Source: Oscillospiraceae bacterium (GTDB taxonomy: Bacteria > Bacillota > Clostridia > Oscillospirales > CAG-272). From it: 42,621 nt of DNA. The stretch is from positions 1 to 42,621 of the forward strand of contig SVSU01000003.1 in the NCBI GenBank assembly GCA_015064135.1, in the 5' to 3' direction. Below, piece by piece: positions 10,149-19,055 of the stretch (positions are counted from its first letter, which is position 1; each line of letters begins with the position of its first letter). The notes beneath the pieces were generated by a model. That model was not told the origin of the DNA. It saw only the letters and a list, made by a program, of their open reading frames with translations, and made no database searches. The position numbers and the translations under genes are program-made.

Positions 10149-10341
10149 AAGATAGAGGAGCACAGCCGAAAAGTATGCATGGCAGAGGTCGCCGCAGACC
10201 GCCCGATGTTATGCCGAAAGGCGAGTTGTGCCGAAGATATGCCGGGACGAGAGGTCAGGTCGTCAAGCGGATGCGGTGTATCTGGTCCGTCTCCCGAAAG
10301 CGAACGGACTGTCTCTGATACTCTCAGAGGGGTGCTATCTG
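10149..10341 (+). ncRNA. lysine riboswitch: Lysine riboswitch (L-box) aptamer
   Basis: 5' AGATAGAGGAGC, internal AGTA, GAAAGG, GCCGAA and GACTGTC, and a 3' GGGTGCTATCT that closes P1. Sits upstream of dapA. Confidence 0.9.
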
Positions 10342-10375
10342 TGTTGTTATAGTCAGGCGAATTGCCGACAGCTAT

Positions 10376-10404
10376 ATTATATTACACAGATCGCCGGTTT
10401 TCAA
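10376..10404 (-). promoter_or_regulatory. Sigma-A promoter pointing leftward through the riboswitch toward queA
   Basis: Minus strand TTGAAA(10404-10399)-17 bp-TATAAT(10381-10376). Confidence 0.6.
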
Positions 10405-10413
10405 CCGGTTTTT
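10394..10413 (+). terminator. Candidate riboswitch expression-platform terminator
   Basis: CCGGTT-ttc-AACCGG followed by TTTTT, downstream of the aptamer. The stem is short. Confidence 0.5.
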
Positions 10414-10514
10414 GTTATTATAACATTTTTTTAATACTTTTTTGTCTGATCAATGGCTTTTTGCCGATCAAAGTTTTTCGATCTGGGAAGGTTTTTGATC
10501 AAGTGGAGGTACAT

Positions 10515-11414
10515 ATGGGTACATTTAACAAGGAAATCATTTTCAACGGTGCGGCAACTGCCCTCATAACCCCTTTCGATAAGAACAACGGCGTGGATTA
10601 CGATGCGTTTGCCTCTCTCATCGAATTTCAGATCAAGGGCGGAATCGACGGTCTGGTTATCTGCGGAACAACAGGTGAGGGCTCAACCCTTACCGACGAG
10701 GAGCACAAGGAATGCATTCGTTTTGCCGTGGAAAAGGTGGCAGGCAGAGTTCCCGTTATTGCAGGAACAGGCTCCAACGACACGGATTACGCAAATTCCC
10801 TTTCAAAGTATGCCTGCGAGGTGGGTGCGGATGCGCTTCTGCTCGTTTCTCCCTACTACAACAAGGCAACACCCAAGGGACTCATTAAGAGCTTCCTTTC
10901 TACAGCGGAGGCGACAGATAAGCCCATCATCCTTTATAACGTTCCTTCCCGTACAGGAGTCAACATCCCCCTCTCCGTTTATAGGGAGCTGGCGAAGCAC
11001 GAGCGTATCGTTGCTGTCAAGGAAGCATCGGGCAATATGAGCCAGGTTGCGGAAATCGCGGCTGAATGCGGTGATGACCTCGCAATATACAGCGGAAATG
11101 ACGACCAGATCGTTCCCGTTATGTCACTGGGCGGCCGCGGTGTTATCTCCGTTCTCTCCAACATTCTCCCCCGTGAGACACACGATATCTGCGAGAAGTT
11201 CGTGAAGGGTGACACAGCAGGCTCACTGAAGCTGCAGCTTGAATATCTGGAGCTTATCAACAACCTGTTCATTGAGGTAAACCCAATTCCCGTAAAGACA
11301 GCCTGCGGTCTCATGGGCCTTTGCAGTGCGGATATGAGACTGCCCCTTTGCGAAATGGACGAGGGAAATCTCGCAAAACTGGCGGCATCCATGAAGAAGC
11401 ATGGACTGATCTGA
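10515..11414 (+). CDS. dapA: 4-hydroxy-tetrahydrodipicolinate synthase
   Basis: ALITPF, GTTGE, PYYNK, YNVPSRTG, KEASG and NPIPVK motifs. GGAGG RBS before ATG 10515; preceded by the L-box. Confidence 0.96.
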   Translation: MGTFNKEIIFNGAATALITPFDKNNGVDYDAFASLIEFQIKGGIDGLVICGTTGEGSTLTDEEHKECIRFAVEKVAGRVPVIAGTGSNDTDYANSLSKYACEVGADALLLVSPYYNKATPKGLIKSFLSTAEATDKPIILYNVPSRTGVNIPLSVYRELAKHERIVAVKEASGNMSQVAEIAAECGDDLAIYSGNDDQIVPVMSLGGRGVISVLSNILPRETHDICEKFVKGDTAGSLKLQLEYLELINNLFIEVNPIPVKTACGLMGLCSADMRLPLCEMDEGNLAKLAASMKKHGLI

Positions 11415-11460
11415 GAAGCACTTGTTTTGATGTCACGGTTTGATTTTAAATAAAAAAACA

Positions 11461-11517
11461 GGAGGATGCGCTGCGGAAAACCCTTTCTTTGATACGGGGA
11501 TCTGCCGCATCCTCTCG
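11461..11517. other. Intergenic imperfect hairpin between dapA and the inserted lipoprotein gene
   Basis: GAGGATGCG...GGAAAACCCTTTCTTTGATACGGGGATCT...CGCATCCTC inverted repeat. Confidence 0.45.
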
Positions 11518-11595
11518 GATATTCAGCCTCTTTTTTCACAGGAAAGCAGAACTCTTATGGAAAAGCTGTTTTCTGCCGAAGGGGAGGAAAGGAGT

Positions 11596-13824
11596 ATGAA
11601 AATGCTGCGGAAATTGATTTTGCTCTGTATGCTTTCGCTTTTGTTTTGTGCCTGCACCAATGATTTTTCGGGAAACCCGGATATTTCTGCAGAACTTAGC
11701 GAAACGGAGCATAATAATACTATGACAGATGTTGCAAAGGAGCTGAAAACTCCCTGTATCGTTCCAACGCTGTATGAAACCGAGGATATTGTGATCGCCG
11801 ATGTGATTGCTACACAAGCGCCCTATCTTGCAGATGCTACGGGAGAGTCGGACAGCACCGAAGCCATTCGTCGGGCGCTGAATGCCTGCGAGGAGAGGGG
11901 CGGCGGTACGGTGTACCTTCCTGTGGGGGTATATATGATTACGGAATCCATCCAAATTCCGCCCTTTGTTACGCTGCGCGGAGATTGGCAGGATCCCGAC
12001 AAAGGAACCGAATACGGAACGGTCATCAAAGCCTGTGTTGAATCATCGGATGATGAGGAAAGCGGACTGTTTCTCCTCGGCGGCTCCGGAGGTGTGGTCG
12101 GATTGACCGTGTTTTATCCCGAACAGGGTGTGGGTGAGGATTGCAAGCCCTACCCATTTACCTTCTACACCAACGGCTCGGGGCACAATTATATGCTGTC
12201 TGCCATCAAGAACGTCACGGTACTGAACGGTTACAGAGGGATCGGTGCCTGCCTGACGGATGGGGGCCCTGCCCATGAGCAGCTGACGGTGGAAAACTTC
12301 AAGGGCACATTTCTCCACTGCGGCGCCGAGGTATATAATCAAGCCGATGTGGGTACATGGCAGGGTGTAAGTGTCAGCCCGAAGTATTGGCGCGAGATTC
12401 CCGAGGATTCGTGGATGAAAACGCCTGCGGATGGGGAAATCGACTCCTTTGTGGGAGAGGCTGCCGTGGGATTGATTCTCGGCGACCTTGAATGGACGGA
12501 GTTTAAAGACCTCAACATCGACGGATGCCGTGTGGGTATCCATATCGTGAAAGGGAAGCGGATCGAGTTTGCAGGGTCACTGTACGACATCTCCGTTACT
12601 GACTGCAAAAACGGTTTGCTCATTGATTCCATCGATGAACGGTGGGGCATGGTGATTGCCGACGGTTATATCGAGGGCGGTGTTACCAATAATACCTGCG
12701 GTCTCCTTCGCATGACGGATGTGGAGATCAAGGGCGAGATCATGGGCGTGTGTGACGACGAAAACCGCACGGTTAAGACGTACAGCATCGACGAGCTTGA
12801 CTGCCCCCATATTGAGCTGAACAACGAATACGATATCAGCGACAAGAACTTCGACCATACAAGATCCTATGTAAAGCCCACGGACAAGCTTTATGTTTTT
12901 GACGGAGTAAAGGACGGCACGGCAGACATCAGTAAAGAGCTGCAGAGCCTCCTTGACGATGCAGGCATTACGGGCGGCGTGGTGTATCTGCCTTCCGGAA
13001 TGTACCGTCTGGACGCTCCTGTTTCCGTTCCTGCGGCAGTTGAACTTCGCGGTTCGTCCTCTGTCCCTACCAGAGATCAGAACGGCTTGAGCCGGGGCAC
13101 GGTCCTGCTCTGCTATTACGGGGATGATGCGGTGAACAGCGAAGCGGATCAGGCGCTCATTACACTGAATGGGGAGAATGCCGGGCTGAACGGCCTGCGC
13201 ATCGCATATCCTCAAAACGGGCCCTATGACGACGATCTGAACAGTACATATGCTGTCCGAGGCACAGCAAGGGGTGTGTATATCACCAACTGTGCCATCA
13301 TTGCATCCGCTTACGGCGTGGATTTCAGCGGCTGTGACGATCATTTTATCAAAAAGGTTTCCACCTGCTGTTATTATAACGCATATTTGCTCGGTGGGGT
13401 GAACGGCTATATGTCGGGATGCCTGCAGAATGCCACGGTCATCGTTCGCCACGGCAACAGCTATTATGAGAACTGGCTGGCGGAGGGGAATGTGTTTACC
13501 GATCTGTTTGACCCCATTCTCAGAATGCTGTGCGACTACATTATTGTGGACGGTGCGGAGAATCAGATCATATCAAATACCTTTGCTTACGGCACTGCCA
13601 CATTCCTGACAAACATAAACAGCGAAAACACCCTTCTTGTTAATGTAGGCTCGGATAATTTGGGAAGCGGTTCTCCGCAGATCATAGCCGACAGCGGTTC
13701 ATTGACGGGAATCAACGTCATGCGCTGGAACGGGATTTCCTTTGAGCATTACGACGGGTTGTTGAATTTATTCAACAGAATCACCATCGGCGACAAGACG
13801 GAGGATGCGGTGACGGAGGAATGA
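11596..13824 (+). CDS. Lipoprotein with two pectin-lyase-fold beta-helix domains (GH55-like tandem architecture), putative glycosidase or lyase
   Basis: GAAAGGAG RBS and lipobox LFCAC. Two Pectate_lyase_3-type caps: DATGESDSTEAIRRAL..GGGTVYLPVGVY and DGTADISKELQSLL..GGVVYLPSGMY. Confidence 0.75.
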   Translation: MKMLRKLILLCMLSLLFCACTNDFSGNPDISAELSETEHNNTMTDVAKELKTPCIVPTLYETEDIVIADVIATQAPYLADATGESDSTEAIRRALNACEERGGGTVYLPVGVYMITESIQIPPFVTLRGDWQDPDKGTEYGTVIKACVESSDDEESGLFLLGGSGGVVGLTVFYPEQGVGEDCKPYPFTFYTNGSGHNYMLSAIKNVTVLNGYRGIGACLTDGGPAHEQLTVENFKGTFLHCGAEVYNQADVGTWQGVSVSPKYWREIPEDSWMKTPADGEIDSFVGEAAVGLILGDLEWTEFKDLNIDGCRVGIHIVKGKRIEFAGSLYDISVTDCKNGLLIDSIDERWGMVIADGYIEGGVTNNTCGLLRMTDVEIKGEIMGVCDDENRTVKTYSIDELDCPHIELNNEYDISDKNFDHTRSYVKPTDKLYVFDGVKDGTADISKELQSLLDDAGITGGVVYLPSGMYRLDAPVSVPAAVELRGSSSVPTRDQNGLSRGTVLLCYYGDDAVNSEADQALITLNGENAGLNGLRIAYPQNGPYDDDLNSTYAVRGTARGVYITNCAIIASAYGVDFSGCDDHFIKKVSTCCYYNAYLLGGVNGYMSGCLQNATVIVRHGNSYYENWLAEGNVFTDLFDPILRMLCDYIIVDGAENQIISNTFAYGTATFLTNINSENTLLVNVGSDNLGSGSPQIIADSGSLTGINVMRWNGISFEHYDGLLNLFNRITIGDKTEDAVTEE

Positions 13825-13896
13825 ACTTTGGATGAGGTACAGAACCGTATTTCGGTGAGATAATAAAAAATACATAAAAAAGGAAAACAGAAAACA

Positions 13897-14664
13897 ATGG
13901 AAAAAACAAGAATCATACTCTCGGGTGCCTCAGGCAGACTTTGCAGTGTTATCGCTCGGATGTGCGACGGGCGAGATGACTGCGAGGTGGTCTGCGGCGT
14001 GGATGTTGCGGCAGGCGGCAATTCCCCGTTCCCCATTTACACCGATTTCAGCGAAATTACCGAGGCGGCGGATGTTATCATCGACTGCTCTCACCATTCC
14101 GTTATCGGAAAAATCATGGATTACGCAAAAGCAAATAATACAGCGGTGGTGGTCTGTACGACGGGACATACCGACGACGAGGACGACCTGATCCGTAAGT
14201 CGGGCGCTGACATTCCGGTGCTGAAGTCGAGAAATATGTCCCTCGGCATCAATCTGCTGTCCGAGCTTGTGAAAAAGGCGGCGGCGGCTCTCGGTGAGGA
14301 CTTCGATATCGAGATCGTGGAGGCGCATCATAATAAGAAGCTGGATGCTCCAAGCGGCACGGCTCTTATGCTTGCGGATGCGGCGGCAGAGGTGCGCGAG
14401 GAAAGCGAGTATGTGTACGACCGCCACAGCGTGAGAAAGCAGCGTGAAAAGCGTGAGATCGGCTTCTCCAGCATCCGCGGCGGCACCATCGTGGGCGAGC
14501 ACAGCGTAATTTTCGCCGGACAGGACGAGGTTATCACCCTCTCTCACAGTGCCGGAAGCCGTGACCTCTTTGCCCAGGGAGCCATCCGTGCGGCGCTCTG
14601 GCTGGCTGTGCAGGGGAAGGGCTTTTACACCATGGCGGATGTGATCACCTCTTCATTGGGATGA
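13897..14664 (+). CDS. dapB: 4-hydroxy-tetrahydrodipicolinate reductase
   Basis: GASGRL, CTTG, NMSLGIN, EAHHNKKLDAPSGTA and RGGTIVGEH motifs. Confidence 0.97.
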   Translation: MEKTRIILSGASGRLCSVIARMCDGRDDCEVVCGVDVAAGGNSPFPIYTDFSEITEAADVIIDCSHHSVIGKIMDYAKANNTAVVVCTTGHTDDEDDLIRKSGADIPVLKSRNMSLGINLLSELVKKAAAALGEDFDIEIVEAHHNKKLDAPSGTALMLADAAAEVREESEYVYDRHSVRKQREKREIGFSSIRGGTIVGEHSVIFAGQDEVITLSHSAGSRDLFAQGAIRAALWLAVQGKGFYTMADVITSSLG

Positions 14665-14684
14665 TTGCGGTATATCTGATAATG

Positions 14685-14733
14685 CAAAAAAGGCTATTGT
14701 ATGACACAATAAAGTCATGCGATAGCCTTTTTG
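14685..14733. terminator. Bidirectional intrinsic terminator
   Basis: CAAAAAAGGCTATTGTATGAC...GTCATGCGATAGCCTTTTTG between convergent genes. Confidence 0.85.
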
Positions 14734-14749
14734 TAGTTCGGGCAGAGTC

Positions 14750-16246
14750 TTAATCCAACTTAAAATCCTGTATCAGCGAATTCATGGCGGCGGATTCCGC
14801 ATCGAAGAACCGTTCCTTTAGGTCGTTGTTCCGCGCCGCTTCTCTGATGAGGCCGTAGGTGCCTGCCGCAACATCCGGGTAGGAGTTTCCGAATGCCAGA
14901 GCAAAATCAAAAGCCGCGGAGTCGAGGATCAAGTCAAGCATATTGGCGGAATCGTTGTCTCTCAGAACAAAAGCCATGTTGTACGCCACATATTCGTCAT
15001 AGAGATAGCCGTAGGAGCCTGCGTTCAGGGCGGAGAGAATGACTGATGCCATCTCCGCATTGGTGTGGTTGACGGGGACAGAGAAAATTAGCTCCGTATT
15101 GGCAACAAGGGTGCGGAATTCGTCTCCCTCATTTTCGGTGGGGAGGGGAAGGACACCCCAGTTGGCAGAGGCATCGGACAACTGCGGCATAACGGACAGA
15201 TAGTCAATAAGGAAAAAGCTGTCCCCGTTTGCAAAGCCGTTCACGGCATCCGATGAGGCGTCAATGACTGCGTTGGGGTCGGTAAGGAGCCTGTGGGCGG
15301 TCTCTGTGGAATATGCCGCGGTGTCTTGTGTGAAGGCGATCTTTGGAATGTTCTTTTTCGCTGCGTTCACATAAGTGTTTCCGCATGAAACAAAAACGAG
15401 ATCTGCCAGTCGGGATGCGTTGCTTTGTACAGCCAAGGTATTAAGGGGCTCCCCTCCGGTTTCGTTAAGGGCAGAAACTGCTTGCGTGTATTCAAAGAAT
15501 GTGTCCCATGTCCATTTCTTTTCCGTCACCGAGGAGTAGGGCATCTCAAGTCCTGTTTTCTCCGTGATATCCCGATTGAAGAACACAGCGGAGAATGCGG
15601 AAGGGTCAAGGGTGGCAGAGCCTGCGGCACCGTATGTTTCATAGCCTGCCGAGGTCATGTTAACGGATTCGCTGTTGAAATAGGGAGCATCCAGATCGAT
15701 AAAGGGCAGGGAACGAAGATTCATCAATACCTTCGATATGCGGAACTGACCCGTCATGTATAAGGGGAGCATCAGAAGATCGGAATAATAGGAGTCCGAT
15801 GCCACAGCCTGCTCCATTTCACGAAGAATCGTGTCCCCGTTTTTCACGGAAGAGAGCAGAACGATGTCGTAGGTCTCCTCGATCAGACGGTTTCGCTCAT
15901 ACACCATCCGCGATACATTGTTGTCCGTGTTGTCGGGGTCGATGTAATCTGAGGATGGGGTCGTTATAAAGAAAACAGCACCGTCGTAATCACGGGAGGG
16001 CAGCTCACTGAGATAGTGCTCCGCCATGTCCGTTCCGCTGTCCTTTCCCTCGTATGGAGTGTACTCTGTGGGGGTGAAGGCGGAATCCGATTCAAAAAAA
16101 TTTTTTTCGACATCAGTATTCGACACATTATTCGACGATACATCGTTTATAATAATAATACCGCATCCGGTCAATGGAAAAATAAGGGATAACGCGGTGA
16201 TAAGCGTGACGGCTGACTTTATGTGAGCCTGAAATTTCAAATTCAT
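14750..16246 (-). CDS. Lipoprotein, extracellular solute-binding protein (family 1-like)
   Basis: Lipobox LTGC; VFFNRDI, KKWTWD and WGVLPLP motifs typical of carbohydrate SBPs. No permease genes adjacent. Confidence 0.7.
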   Translation of the reverse strand: MNLKFQAHIKSAVTLITALSLIFPLTGCGIIIINDVSSNNVSNTDVEKNFFESDSAFTPTEYTPYEGKDSGTDMAEHYLSELPSRDYDGAVFFITTPSSDYIDPDNTDNNVSRMVYERNRLIEETYDIVLLSSVKNGDTILREMEQAVASDSYYSDLLMLPLYMTGQFRISKVLMNLRSLPFIDLDAPYFNSESVNMTSAGYETYGAAGSATLDPSAFSAVFFNRDITEKTGLEMPYSSVTEKKWTWDTFFEYTQAVSALNETGGEPLNTLAVQSNASRLADLVFVSCGNTYVNAAKKNIPKIAFTQDTAAYSTETAHRLLTDPNAVIDASSDAVNGFANGDSFFLIDYLSVMPQLSDASANWGVLPLPTENEGDEFRTLVANTELIFSVPVNHTNAEMASVILSALNAGSYGYLYDEYVAYNMAFVLRDNDSANMLDLILDSAAFDFALAFGNSYPDVAAGTYGLIREAARNNDLKERFFDAESAAMNSLIQDFKLD

Positions 16247-16542
16247 TGTGATCCTCCAACGCAGGCTTTTTGGTCCTGCGGCAAAAAAGTTGTGAAAGCA
16301 GTTAAGTTACCACCGCACAATTTACGGCTGAAGCCTTGGCGGTGCATATGCGGCAAAGGGCAAAGTGTTGCCGTTTTTTTCAAACCGCACACTGGTAAAA
16401 TATGGTTCAGTTTCCATGTAATATATTACCTGTTAAAAACATGGGGAAAGTGTGTTATAATAGAGACGGCGATAGGATATGACAAAACAGATAAGAACTA
16501 CATAGCGCCCCATAGAATTGCAAGAAAGGAAAGGTTATAACA

Positions 16543-17367
16543 ATGAGAAAACTGAAGAAATATGCAGCAGCGCTGATGGCAGGACTGATCGTTGCCATAA
16601 CCGGCGCTGTAAATACGGGAGCTGCCGAAGTTGCGGTATTCACCGATGGAGTGCGGTATGAGGGGGAGGTCAGACTGGTGAACAGGAATGCCTACGTTTC
16701 CCTCAGAGAGTTTGCCTGTGCGGTGGACAACTCCGTGGTATCATGGGATTCACGGACTCACACCGCCCATGTATCAACCGACTCACTCAGTCTGAGTGCT
16801 GAAATGGGAGGGGAGTATCTGGTGGCAAACGGAAGATATCTCTGGTGCAGTGAGGGTATCTTTACGGATAACGGCGTGCTGTACGTTCCTCTCCGTCAGG
16901 CGGCAGAGGCATTCGGTTTCAGCAGCCGTTGGATAGGTGCGGAGAATACCACTTATTTGAGCCGCAGAACGGGTTCCATTGTTTCTGCCGAGAATTATTA
17001 CAACAGCGACGATGTGTACTGGCTTTCCAGAATCATCCATGCAGAGGCTCAGGGCGAGCCCTTTCTCGGAAAGCTGGCGGTGGGAACCGTTATTATGAAC
17101 CGTATGGCGGACGATGAATTCCCCGATGAGCTGTATGATGTGATCTTCGATAACGATAACGGTGTTCAGTTTACCCCTACCGTAAACGGGCAGATCGAAA
17201 ACACACCGGGGGAGGAGTCCGTAATTGCGGCGAAGCTCTGCCTTGACGGATACAGATTCTCCGACTCCATTCTGTACTTTTTAAATCCCGAGCTGGCAAG
17301 CAGCCTGTGGGTGCCGCAGAATTGTACCTTTGTGGCAAGCATCGGCGGCCATGATTTCTATGCCTGA
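16543..17367 (+). CDS. Cell-wall hydrolase (SleB/Hydrolase_2) with N-terminal copper-amine-oxidase-N-like domain
   Basis: Signal peptide; YVSLR and LYVPLR repeats; LSRIIHAEAQGE...VIMNR, QFTP, LYFLNP and IGGHDF motifs. Confidence 0.9.
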   Translation: MRKLKKYAAALMAGLIVAITGAVNTGAAEVAVFTDGVRYEGEVRLVNRNAYVSLREFACAVDNSVVSWDSRTHTAHVSTDSLSLSAEMGGEYLVANGRYLWCSEGIFTDNGVLYVPLRQAAEAFGFSSRWIGAENTTYLSRRTGSIVSAENYYNSDDVYWLSRIIHAEAQGEPFLGKLAVGTVIMNRMADDEFPDELYDVIFDNDNGVQFTPTVNGQIENTPGEESVIAAKLCLDGYRFSDSILYFLNPELASSLWVPQNCTFVASIGGHDFYA

Positions 17368-17370
17368 GGA

Positions 17371-18117
17371 TTATTTGAACCTTTGAGAAACCTGCTTTTT
17401 GATTCTCGCTACATCGCGGAGCATACGAATGCTGTCTCCCGCGAGGTGGATTTTGGATTCCCTGTGATTGATGATCTTCACGGGGAATTCTTTTATTTTG
17501 TAGCCCAGCTTCTGGGCGGTCATGAGGATCTCCAGATCAAATGCCCAGCCGTTGACGGTGCCGTAGGAGAACACCTTGCGTGCAGCATCTCCGCGGAATG
17601 CCTTGAAGCCGCACTGGGAGTCGCTCAGCTTGAAGCCTGCGATGGTGCACAGGACTTTGATGTAGCACTTTGAGGCAACCTTGCGGAGGAAAGTGTACCC
17701 CTCATAGCCGTCTGCGCGGAGATTTCTCGAGCCGATGAGCACATCACCGTCAAAATCGGGTGCGGTCATGGTGAGATATGCCTCCGTGATCACATCCACA
17801 CCGTAGGCAAGGTCGCAGTCTGTGTAGAGAACAACATCTCCCGTGGAATGACCCACAGCGAGGCGGATGGCGTGTCCTTTGCCCATGTTTTTCTCGGCTG
17901 TGACTACCTTTACAACACCGTTTTTCAGTTCAAGTGAAGCTGCTGTGTCACGGGCGATCTTTCCGCATCCGTCGGCGGAACCGTCATCGGAGAAGAGGAT
18001 TTCATATTCAAAATTATGAAGTGCAGCCGAGTCCTCCAGCTTGTCGGTGAGAGCGCGAACAGCATCGCTGACAATTTCGGCTTCGTTGTACATTGGAATG
18101 CATACAGTAAGTTTCAT
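17371..18117 (-). CDS. GT2 glycosyltransferase (polyprenol-phosphate glycosyltransferase-like)
   Basis: IPMYNE, DDGSAD, NMGKGHA, DCD, DSQCGFKAF and FDLEIL motifs. Confidence 0.92.
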   Translation of the reverse strand: MKLTVCIPMYNEAEIVSDAVRALTDKLEDSAALHNFEYEILFSDDGSADGCGKIARDTAASLELKNGVVKVVTAEKNMGKGHAIRLAVGHSTGDVVLYTDCDLAYGVDVITEAYLTMTAPDFDGDVLIGSRNLRADGYEGYTFLRKVASKCYIKVLCTIAGFKLSDSQCGFKAFRGDAARKVFSYGTVNGWAFDLEILMTAQKLGYKIKEFPVKIINHRESKIHLAGDSIRMLRDVARIKKQVSQRFK

Positions 18118-18130
18118 TAGGTCGTCTCCG

Positions 18131-19039
18131 TTATTTAATCTGTTTTTTTCTGTAAACCGTGTAGGTTACTTCTACGGTGATATCAAGGGAATCTTTTGCG
18201 AAAAGGCGAGCTTTTCCGGATTCCGTTGTTTTGTAGCAGAACGGTGTCATCATGAATAAATCGGCGATGGCTTCCTTGTCGGGGAGCGTCACCGTATACC
18301 GCAGAGCGTGCTTTGCCGTTTCCCCGAAGCCCTCGGTGGGGGAGATGGTGTCATCGGAGAGATGGACATCGCTGTAAATAAGCCGGCGCATCTCGATAAG
18401 ATGGTCTCTGCCCGAGGAGACAACGATGAGGATTCCGTCGTCGGAAAGGATTCTTGCCGCTTCATCCCATGCCACGGGTGCAAACATACTGAGCGCGGCG
18501 GACACGGATGAATCCTTCAGCGGTGTGTGGAAAATATTCGCAGGGAGAAAGTATGCGCCGCATCTTCCCTCATGGGGAGCACCGATGCCGTCCTTTGGCA
18601 TCAGCCCCATCCTTCGGGACAGCTTTGATGCCTTGTCCCCTGCGTGTTTTGATGCATCGAAACCGAGGAGGACGGTATCCTTCCCCGTAAGCGCCCCTGT
18701 CCTCTCGGCGATCCTGCAGGAGTGCCACCCCTCACCCGAGCCCATGTCGCATATGGAGACGGTATTCCCCTTTGGTACGGCATATTCTGCAAGAAGGTCG
18801 GCGGTTTTGTCGGAAATGTTGTTGTAAAAACCGCGGCAAAGGAAATTCACTCTCGCTTCCACCATGCCTCGGTCGTCCCCCGTGTGAGCATTTTTCCCTT
18901 TTCCCGGGGGCAGAAGATTCACATATCCGCTTTTGGCAAGGTCGAAGGTGTGCCCTTTTCGGCAGACCAGACTTTTGCCAACACGACCGAGTCCTTCGCC
19001 GCAGGTCGGGCAGAGGAGATAATTCAATATATCTGTCAT
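18131..19039 (-). CDS. rlmA: 23S rRNA m1G745/748 methyltransferase (RlmA-type)
   Basis: Zinc finger CPTC...C..GHTFDLAKSGYVNLL, GDD..MV.AR..FL, SAM motif DMGSGEG and MMTP. Confidence 0.85.
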   Translation of the reverse strand: MTDILNYLLCPTCGEGLGRVGKSLVCRKGHTFDLAKSGYVNLLPPGKGKNAHTGDDRGMVEARVNFLCRGFYNNISDKTADLLAEYAVPKGNTVSICDMGSGEGWHSCRIAERTGALTGKDTVLLGFDASKHAGDKASKLSRRMGLMPKDGIGAPHEGRCGAYFLPANIFHTPLKDSSVSAALSMFAPVAWDEAARILSDDGILIVVSSGRDHLIEMRRLIYSDVHLSDDTISPTEGFGETAKHALRYTVTLPDKEAIADLFMMTPFCYKTTESGKARLFAKDSLDITVEVTYTVYRKKQIK

Positions 19040-19055
19040 GTCTTTGTGTCCTCCG

